From Chiloscyllium plagiosum (taxonomy: Eukaryota), in assembly GCF_004010195.1 (NCBI RefSeq), contig NC_057758.1:2644216-2677351 (forward strand): 33,136 nt of DNA. The letters run 5' to 3'. Of the stretch, positions 24,457 through 33,136 are shown one piece after another; position 1 is the stretch's first letter; each line of letters begins with the position of its first letter. Both the position numbers and the translations under genes were made by a program. The notes under the pieces were generated by a model. That model was not told the DNA's origin. It did not search any database and was given only the letters and a program-made list of their open reading frames with translations.

Positions 24457-24518
24457 AAATCAAAAACTCGTAATTTTGCTAACGGAGATGAAGTGTTTGT
24501 GTTACTTCCATTGGTAGG

Positions 24519-25118
24519 TGTGGTGATGCTACTCTTTTGACAACGCTAATTTGTTTTTTTGTTTGTTTTCCAGGAGGTCGTAAATGCAGAGTTTCCAATA
24601 TATCTGAAAAGAGCTACTTCGAAAGAATTTTAAGTTCTTTGTCAAAACGCTTGCACAACGAAAGAGGAATGACCAGATCTTCCAAATCATTCTCTTTTTT
24701 CTGATTTTAACAAGCAGTCAGTTTGAAGCTAATTGTCAAGCTTTGTTTTCCCTGGGGACACAAAGAAACATCTCCATGCTGATCCTCTCTCTCTCTCTCT
24801 CTGAAATCTCTCTCCTGTGAGAAGCTGTGTTTGAATTTAGTTGTTTGCCAAGGAGGGCGTTTGTGGGATGTTGCAGGCAATTCGAACAGCTTTTGTTAAG
24901 TTGCGTTTTCGTTTCGGTTGAGTTTTCAAATAGTTATGTTATACAGAATTAGGTTTTCCTTTGTTCATGTAAGTTCGGTATAGTTTAACACTGAGGAGTT
25001 TCACCAGCTGCGTTTCTCTTACAATATTTACCTTACATCTGCTGAAAACAACTAGAATCGTTCTGTACTTGGGCACGTTCTTAAAACTCTTTGAGAGGGT
25101 CTGACCTGGTCCATAACA
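24519..25118 (+). repeat. 5' LTR of Gypsy copy C (600 bp, TG...CA)
   Basis: Begins TGTGGTGATGC and ends GAGGGTCTGACCTGGTCCATAACA; interrupts copy B coding sequence. Confidence 0.8.
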
Positions 25119-26043
25119 ATTTGTTTTTTTTTTCTGGTTTTTTTTTCTTAGTTCCAATTCAGGATAAGCTTTTTTGGACTCAAAGGTAGCACTTCGTAAG
25201 TGCCCGTGTCTTTTGTTCCTGATGTTGCATTCGGTTGGTTTAAGCAGTGCTTTGGCGCTTTTAAAAAGCGTAAACATAGCAAAATTGTTTGCTTTGTCAG
25301 TCAAGCTTGAGCTGATGCTACCTTCGCCCGTATGAAAAGGAGAGATAATTACAGCAATACCTTAGCATTCAAATTTGCTGGAAACACCATCAGAATCTTT
25401 GCAGATGCCCAAACTCCAATGGAAAATGAATCAGCTGTAGTTCGAGGCAAAAGAAAAAGGAAGAGAAGCAGAAATGAAACTGTTCGAATTACGATGAAAA
25501 CCAGAGGAAAGAAAAACAGACCGAAACGCCCAGCAGAACAAAAGAAAAAGGACAGAATCGCTTTACCAGAACAAAAAGAAAGAGTGAGAGAGAGAAAGAG
25601 ACAGAGAGAGGAACGGAAGAAAGAGGGGGCATTAGAACTTGATTAATAAGCAATTACATTAGAAATTTGGCTTTAATGAGTGGGCATGAATGCTGAAAGT
25701 GAGCTTAATGAGAAAGACAGTGTGGATGAGCAAATCTTTGAAGAAGGCCTGGTGTTTAAATATATTCAAGCATTGCCTAAATTTAATGAGAAGCGTGTGA
25801 GAATCTTTTCATCTCTATTGAGAAGGTGCGTGCACAAATGTCGTGGCCAATGACTTTGTAGGTTTTGTTGATCCAAGAAAACTGGTATGTAGGAAGCGTG
25901 AGGTATTTGCATCACTATCCGAGGAGATAGTTGGGGTTAATGAGGAGGAGACGAAACCATTTTAAAGTGCATATACGATTGTACCAGAAGCTTCCCAGCA
26001 GTGTTCCAGGAACGTAAGGACGCACACTTGCAAACCTACATTT

Positions 26044-26316
26044 AGGGGCTCAATGGCTATCACTGCCACCTCACAGCACCAGGGACCCAGGTTTGATTCC
26101 AGCCTCAGGCGACAATCTGCGTGCAGTTTGCACATTCTCCCCATGTCTACATGAGTTTCCTCCGGGTGCTCCGGTTTCCTCTCACAATCCGAAAATGTGC
26201 AGATTAGGTTAATTCGCCATGCTAAATTGCTCATAATGTTAAGTGCATTAGTTGGATGGTCCGTGTGGAGTTTTTGGGCGGAAGGGCATATTTCCACACT
26301 TTAGGGAATCTATTCT
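26044..26316 (+). mobile_element. HE1 V-SINE with tRNA-derived head, inserted in gag of copy C
   Basis: Box A-like GGCTCAATGG, box B GGTTTGATTCC, V-domain TTTGCACATTCTCCCC..TTTCCTCCGGGTGCTCCGGTTTCC, tail GGGAATCTATTCT. Confidence 0.9.
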
Positions 26317-28605
26317 GAGTTCAAAAAGATCAAATAAAGTAACTGTGATAGGTAGATTAGGGCAATAAAAACAAAGCAAAACTATGACGCACTTAGAGCA
26401 ATGCTTACTTTGGTGGAGATCAAAATTTCACCTCCTGAAGTATTGAGCAATCGTGTGGAAAAGCAGAGAGTTAAAACGGCGCAATTAGCAGTGGAAATGG
26501 CTGAGCATTAAGAGTTGGTTCATAAATTAAAGTTTGGCTTCTCACATCAATTTCAATCCATGAAGGATAAAAATTTGGAAAAAGATGAAATGCTCACATC
26601 GTAATGAAAAGATAAATCTTGGTGAAATCACATGGATAACTTACAACAACGGAAAAAGAAAACTCTTACACGGGAATAAGGAGCCTAAAAAGCTGCGGTG
26701 TTTTCACTTCACTAAGGTAGACAGCATGAAACCATAATGTTGGTGGGTTAGAAATAGCACTGCAAAGCCAAGTTCAGGAAAACAAAATTAGCCAGTGACT
26801 TTTGTTGAAGTGGTAACAGAAAGTACAGTGGAGTCTAAAACCCTACACCACAATGTACAATTTGTCGGAGAGGCGTGAAGAAGGAACTGCCAGATATTAT
26901 TAAACTGTAGACCTACTTTCAAAAGTAAACTGTATTCACATAAGCCAGGAGCAGCACCTAAAGAGGTTGCAATGTTAAGACATAGAGGATTCTCACAATC
27001 TTTGATGTTGAAAGATGAGGACATATGTACCACTGAAAGACTGTTGCCAGAAAATGTGCTCGTAACGGGAACTAAGACTGAGAGAAGATGTGCTCAATTG
27101 TGTAGAATGAGATTAGAGGAGCCAGCGAAAGGTGAAAATGTCCCAGTAGGACTACGGGGCAAACTCTCAAGTCCACGAATGCAATTAGTTCTTTCTAACC
27201 AAGTAGCTGGTTCACAGATAGGAGTGCTGCCTCCTATTATGGAAAAGCCAGTTGTATACCGCAGGCAATTGAGGTATTGCAGGAAGCATATCTTCGGATT
27301 TTTTCCTGACTGTATGGTAATGAATTCACAAAGGTACCAGTTGAAACAAGAGAGATCAAAGAATACAGGTAAGAAAATTAAAGTGGAATTACCAGGTACA
27401 CTGTTTGATCAGATGGTTGAGATAAAACAGGAGGAGATACATGACAAAGCAGACATCTTTATCTCTGGAACATTAACCGAGTTACAGTTGAAAGATGAGA
27501 AAATAAAACGTTAGTATCAAATAGAAGAAGAACATAGATGCACTCTGGTGCACTGCTATCTGAAAAATGATGTCTTAATAAGAAAATGAAGGCCATTATA
27601 TATTCAGGCAGAAAGTAAATGGGCAGAGGTTCATTAAGTCGCATTGCCAGTGAGTTACAGAAAGGAGTAGTGCATGATCTACGATTAGGAGGTCATTTAG
27701 ACAAAAGAAAATCTCAAATAACACTTTTCTTACTGGCCTGTTCTGCGTAAGGATGTAGTGGATTTCTTTTTCTCCAGATAGACAAGTAATTGGAAAACGC
27801 GGGCAGTATTAAAACCAACAACTTTAATACCTATTCCTACGTTAGAAGAACATTTTCCAAGAGTCTTATTGACTTCCTCGGACCTATAACTAAAACAAAA
27901 AATGGGAGTCAGTTTGTGTTAACAATAATGGATTTGCACGTTAGATTTTCAGAGGCCATTCCATTCCGCAATATTCAAGCTGAAACTAACATAGAGGAGA
28001 TTTTCAAATTTTCCACTACATACGGACTACTAACAGAGATCAACTGTCAAGAATTACACCAAAATTATTCTAGGTAGTTATGGACAGATAAGGATTAAAA
28101 CAATTCAAAAATATTGTGTTCTGGCCAGAAATGCAGGGAGCCCAAGAAAAGTGGCATCAGATATTCAAGACGATGTTCATAACTCATATTTAAGACTATT
28201 CAGATGACTGAGACATTGGAGCTCCGTTGGAATTTTTTCCATCAAAGAGGCACCGAATAAATACCATGTTTAGCCCATTTGAAATAGTTTTTGGGAATGT
28301 AGCAAATGGAACAATAAGCTTGATTATGGAGAAATTAAGTCGTAATTCAGAGGCCACATATTTGGGCAGTGTGTCAAATTTACGAAGTAATTAAATAAAC
28401 TGGTGGAGTTGGCGAGAAACGTTTTAAAGATATCAAAGCGTACAATGAAACAGGAAGCAGGCATGAAATCAAAAACTCCTCAATTTTGCTATCGGAGATA
28501 AGGTGTTAGTGCCTCTTCCAATGGTCAGTGAACCATTAATAACAAGGAGCAGTGGACATTATCAAGTCGAAATGAGATTGATTGAGGTGAACTATTTCAT
28601 AAGGA

Positions 28606-28732
28606 TCTGAAGAAGGGCTTATGACCGAAACATCGATTCTCCTGCTCCTCGGAGGCTGCCTGGCCTGCTGTGTTTTTCCAGCACCACATTTTTCAACTCT
28701 GGTACTCCAGCATCTGCAGTCCTCACTTTCTC
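28606..28732 (+). mobile_element. Short Penelope-terminus/MER6-like element, 14-bp TSD
   Basis: TCTGAAGAAGGGCTTATGACCGAAAC...CAGCATCTGCAGTCCTCACTTTCTC. TSD CTATT(T/A)CATAAGGA at 28592-28605 and 28733-28746. Confidence 0.85.
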
Positions 28733-28772
28733 CTATTACATAAGGACTCCAGACAGAAAGAAATCTCACAGA

Positions 28773-30430
28773 GCTCAGTAAGATTTGTGAGGCACGACTT
28801 ACCCTTCACAAAACCGTGCTGAATATGCCTATCCAACTTGTTACTCCCACGATGATTATAAATGCTATCATTTATAAACATTTCCAACACTTTATGCATA
28901 ACCGTAGTAATGCTCACTGGTCTATAATTACCAGGATTGTCTCTCCTCCCCTTCTTGAACAAGGGGACAACATTTGTTTCCTCCATTCTTCTGTAAATAT
29001 TCATCTAGAAAACAACAACATAAAGATCAAAGACAAAACATCTGCAATCTCCTCCCTGACTTCGGAGAAATTCCTACGATATATCCCTTCCATCCCAGAG
29101 ATGTACCTATTTTCACAATTTCCAGAATTGTTAGCACCTCCTCAACAATATTGTCTTTGTCCAGTGTGAATACTGACGAAAAATATACATTCAGCGCTTT
29201 CCTATCGCTGAAAACTCCACTGCTGTCCTTGATTGGCCTTAATCTTTCTCTCGCCATTCTTTTTATTCCTGGTATACTTATAGAAAGCTGAAGAATTTTC
29301 CTTGATCCAACCTGCCAACGACTTCTCCCGACCCTTCCTGTCTCTTCTAAACTGTGTCTATAAGCCTTTCCTGGTTAACTTTTAACTCTCCAGCACCCGA
29401 AGTGAGCCTTCATGTCTTTTCCAAACGTAAGCTTTCTTCTTCCACTTGTGAAAATATTCAACTTCTTTCGCAAGCCACTGCGCCCTCGCTCGACCACTTC
29501 CTCCCTACCTGTCAGGTACATACTTATCAAGCACTCGCAGTATCTATTCCTTGAATATACTCCAAATGTCAATTGCACCCATTCCCTGCAGCTTTCTTCC
29601 CATTCCTTTGCATCCTAAATATTGCCTAATCCTATCATAATTGCCTTTCCTCCAGCAACAACTCTTGCCCTGTGTTATGTATCTATCCCTTTCCATCGCT
29701 TTAGTAACCATAACTGAAATGTGGTCATTATCACCAAAGTGCTCATCTACCTCTAAATCTAACACCTAGCCAGGTTCATTAACCAGCTCCAAATCCAATG
29801 AGTCTTCACTCCTTGTCGGCTTGTCTACATACTATGTCAGAAAATCATCCTGTACATTGGACAAAAATCTGACCCATCTGAAGTACTGAAGTTCCAATTA
29901 ATATTAGGAATGTTAAAGTCCCTGGTAACAACTACCCTGTTACTCTCGCTCCAAACCAGAATTATCGTTGCTATACTTTCCCCTACATATATCGAACTAT
30001 TCGAAGGCTACAGAAAACACACAATAGGGTGACCTCTCTTTTCCTGTTTCGAAACTCTGTCTGGACTACCTCAGTAAATGAGTCCTCAAATTTCTTCATG
30101 CTACCATAATATTGTCCTTGACTAACAATGCCACACCTCCCCCTCTTTTACCTTCTTCTCTATTCTTTTGGAGACATCTATGTCCTCGAACTTTCAACAA
30201 CCATTCCTTTCCCTGTTCTATCCATGTCTCCGAAATGGCCATAACATCGAAGTCCCAGGTACCAACCCATGCTGCAAGTTCAGCTACCTTGTTCCACATG
30301 CTCCTGGCGTTTAAGTACTTTAAACCACCTACCTGCTTGTAGGTGAAATCTTGCGATCTTGAAACCATATTTCAGACCTCACTACGATCAATCTCCTGGA
30401 CATGGAGCCGCAGTTTTAGTTCCCATACCC
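28773..30430 (-). mobile_element. CR1 ORF2 fragment (EN to RT N-terminus), decayed
   Basis: YLNARSMWNKVAELAAWVGTWDFDVMAISETW, GGGVALLVK, NVVPLFKKG..PGNYRPVS, QHGFVKGKSCLTNL. Confidence 0.9.
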
Positions 30431-30444
30431 TGTTGACGACATTT

Positions 30445-31132
30445 TCTTCTAGATGTAGGTTTCCTCGCTGAGCTGGAAGGTTCATTTCCAGACTTTTCCT
30501 CACGCTACTAAGTAACAACCTCAGTGGGCCTCCGGGCAAAACACTGGTGATAATTCCTTCTTTCTATTTATATGTTTGGGTATCTTTGGGTTGATAATGT
30601 CATTTCCTCTGGTGACGTCATTCCCTGTGGGTTGTCGACAGCGTCTAACTCGATGTGTTGACAGGGTTCCGGTTGGAATGCCATGCTTCTAGGAATTTTC
30701 GTGTGTGTCTCTCTTTGGGTTGTTCTAGGGTGGATGTGCTGTCCCAGTCGAAATGATGTCCTTCCTTATCTGTATGTACGGATACTAGTGAGAGAAGGTC
30801 TTGTCGTTTTGTGGCTAGTTGATGTTCATGTATCCTGGTGGTTTGTTTCGTGCCTGTTTGTCCAATGTGTTTGTTACAGTCCTTGTACGGTATTTTGTAA
30901 ATGACATTAGTTTGCTCGTTGTCTGTCAAGTATTTCACGTCCACTAGCTGCTGTTTTAATGTGTTGGTGGGATTGTGGGCTACCATGATGACAAGGGGTC
31001 TGAGTAGTCGAACAGTGATGTATAGGAGAGTGGCTATGGTTTCTGGGCATGTTTTGTCTGGCTGTTTGGGTTTGTTGCTGAGAAATTTGCGGGCTGTGTT
31101 CATTGGGTACACGTTCTTTTTTGAATACTCTG
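30445..31132 (-). mobile_element. Penelope-like element 3' end: GIY-YIG endonuclease plus terminal repeat
   Basis: NVIYKIPYKDCNKHIGQTG..RIHEH..HFDWD..RKFLEAWHS; degenerate hammerhead-like core at 30491-30524. Confidence 0.88.
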
Positions 31133-32351
31133 TATAGGTGATTTTCCTCTGCTCTGGACCTATGGCGAGGAGTCAGTGAAATGACTACACAGTGATATCA
31201 ACGTGTTTTATCCCACCATCAGATTTACCATGGGCTACTCTTTAGTATGTGTCTCATTCTTGGACGCATACATCTCCATCAAGGATGGACACCTCAGTAC
31301 CTCACTGTACAACAAACCCACGGATAACCTCAGAATGCTACACTTCTCTAGCTCCCACACTAAATATAATACAACAGCATTCCCCGACGGACAAGCCCTA
31401 TGCATACACAGAATCTTTTTAGATGTAGATGAATGTGACGAACATCTGAAGGTGCTCAAGGATGTCTTCATACACATTGATCTCGAATTTGGATGTGCCA
31501 CTGCGAGAAACCGTAATTTCCACCACAGGAGAAAGACTTGTGGCAAACGATAAGTTACTTTCAGAGAGCCGAAAAACTACACCATGCACTTTACAGCATG
31601 AAATACATTATCGATAAGGATGGGCATCTCGCCAAGAACTTCCCTTTGCCCCCATTTCTCGCCTTTAAACAGCTGCCAATACTTAAGCAGACAATTGTTT
31701 GCAGCAAATGGCCAAGCCTTCAGGACAACATCGACCACAACACCTCACAGCCCTCTCATGTCAACCACTGCAAGACGTGTAACAATGTCGACATGGATGC
31801 CACATTACCCGTGAGGACACCACCCACTGTTTACACAGCAGGTACTCATCCGACTAAGCTGTCTATCTCAATCGTTGCAGGCAAGGCGAGGGCACGGTAC
31901 ATTGGCGAATCCAAAGAGACTTGATTACAGTGGTTGGACGGACATCACGCAACAATCAACAGACAGAGGTGTTCCATCACTGTCATCAGTCAGGGACATT
32001 CGGCATCGGAACTTCGGGTGACCCTCTTCCAAGGTGGACTTCGAGATCGGCAACAAAGCAAAATGGCTGAGCAGATGCTGATAGCCAATTTCGGCACCAA
32101 TTAGGATGACCTCAAACAGGATCTTGGGGTCAGGTCACACTACAGATGACCCCACTACACTATACACTCTGTCTCATACAGGCACACACAGACAGACACA
32201 AGCACACATGCACTCTTACATACTCACACAGTCACAGAGACCCTGCCTCATACACAAATACACATAAAACCCCCCAGACAGCTTTTACACACGCAAACAG
32301 ACGTTCCGTCACGAGCACTCACACGCAGCACACCCTCACATACTCTCTCTA
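31133..32351 (+). mobile_element. Second Penelope-like element: RT C-terminus, GIY-YIG, CA-rich 3' tract
   Basis: YPTIRFTM..VSFLD..LYNKPTDN..LHFSSSH..GQALCIHRI; Cys pair CKTC in the linker; RYIGESK. Confidence 0.88.
32150..32351 (+). repeat. Degenerate (CA)-rich low-complexity tract
   Basis: Mixed CACA/CAGA/CTCA run downstream of the Penelope ORF. Confidence 0.85.
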
Positions 32352-32541
32352 CATAGAACATAGAACATAGAACAATACAGCACAGAACAGGCCCTTCGGC
32401 CCACGATGTTGTGCCGAACATTTGTCCTAGCTTAAGCACCCATCCATGTACCTATCCAATTGCCACTTAAAGTTCGCCAATGATTCTGACTCTGCCACTC
32501 CCAAAGACAGCGCATTCTATGCCCCCACCACTCTCTGGGTA
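32352..32541 (-). mobile_element. 190-bp 5'-truncated CR1, same family as 1-1034
   Basis: The reverse complement aligns to ~845-1034, including the (TTCTATG)3 tail. Confidence 0.93.
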
Positions 32542-33136
32542 GACGTGTCGCGTCTTTTAAGCAGGAACCTATAGTCGTACTCAAAGTTAACAACAAATGG
32601 TATCCTTTTTTAATTGACACAGGAGCTTCAATGTCTTCTGTAAGATCTGACAAAGACTTGCCAATTTCAAAGCAAACGAAGAGTTTGTCTGGTCTACATG
32701 GAGAGAGCAAAGAATATCCACTTTCTCAACATGTTGCTGTTTATTTTCAAGGTTATTCCCTGTCTCATCGTTTTGTAATTACAAACAAAATATCATGCAA
32801 CTTGATGGGACGAGATTTGCTGTCTTCCTTTCAAGTAAAACTTGCATGTTCCCCTGATGGTGTCCAGCTTGATTCTGATTCATACGAACGTCAGCAGTAT
32901 GTATCCACTGAACCACAGTGGTGGTCACTTGATATTAATACCAAAAACTCTGGGGACCACAATACTCTTGCTTATGTCCGAACAGACCAGGATAAAATTC
33001 TTGAAATTTTAAAATTTATTTAATTGGAACCAAATGAACTGTGCAGAATTTGGCCCATGTCATTGGTCCAGAAGGGGAGGCGGAAATATCTCTTCATCTA
33101 TGGAAGCAATCAGCACCTCATATCATTCCAAAAGTT
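32542..33136 (+). mobile_element. pol: Endogenous retrovirus (class I / epsilon-gamma-like) pol 5' fragment: aspartic protease plus downstream domain; runs off the right edge
   Basis: In frame with ORF 32631-33023: EPIVVLKVNNKWYPFLIDTGASMSSV...LSGLHG...CNLMGRDLL, the retropepsin DTG and GRD motifs. Confidence 0.82.

Larger units (their letters stand above)
13228..24518 (+). mobile_element. Gypsy copy B internal region, fragmented: 13348-14208 gag, ~19718-20130 knuckle, 20328-20471 protease, 21126-22393 integrase, 24457-24518 integrase C-terminus
   Basis: ATG 13348 (MAFSITK) parallels copy A. The fragments are collinear with copies A and C and include YDPESQG and FNPFELAFGKEVRGRL. Joining them into a single copy is an inference. 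Confidence 0.8.
24519..28772 (+). mobile_element. Gypsy copy C (LTR-gag-PR-IN), decayed, truncated before RT
   Basis: FKYIQALPKFNEK (gag), MLRHRGFSQSLML (protease-like), LIDFLGPITKTKNGSQFVLTIMD..RFSEAIP (IN), ending TPDRKKSHR. Confidence 0.88.

Noticed and set aside
26044..26105. tRNA gene
   Set aside because: The A and B boxes belong to the tRNA-derived head of an HE1 SINE that continues into the V-domain.
26972..27514. 180-aa ORF as a domesticated gene
   Set aside because: It is a decayed Gypsy protease/linker with the catalytic Asp lost (LRHRG) and disrupted flanks, with no sign of preservation.
32146..32370. His/Thr-rich ORF
   Set aside because: It is a translation of the CA-rich low-complexity tract.
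845..32541. Large element bounded by terminal inverted repeats (845-1034 and 32352-32541)
   Set aside because: These are two independent CR1 3' ends in opposite orientation, diverged upstream of the tail, with no transposase or shared TSD.

Overview
This is vertebrate nuclear DNA made almost entirely of nested, mostly decayed retrotransposons. The HE1/V-SINEs with (AATCT)n tails and the CR1-type LINEs point to a cartilaginous fish, probably a shark. No host gene, rRNA, bona fide tRNA or CRISPR array is supported. Contents: about ten CR1-type LINE copies or fragments (one young copy with an open RT frame at 1-1034, one near full-length at 5718-9951 with SGNH-esterase ORF1 and ~110-bp 5'UTR monomers); three copies of a Gypsy LTR element with Gmr1-like gene order (integrase before RT, ~600-bp LTR, tRNA-Pro-like PBS); HE1 SINEs; two GIY-YIG Penelope-like elements; and three short Penelope-terminus/MER6-like insertions with hammerhead-like cores and 13-14 bp TSDs. 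At the right edge is a class I-like endogenous retrovirus pol fragment: a protease followed by a probable 2H-phosphoesterase-like domain. All coordinates were read by eye, and boundaries of decayed elements are approximate.
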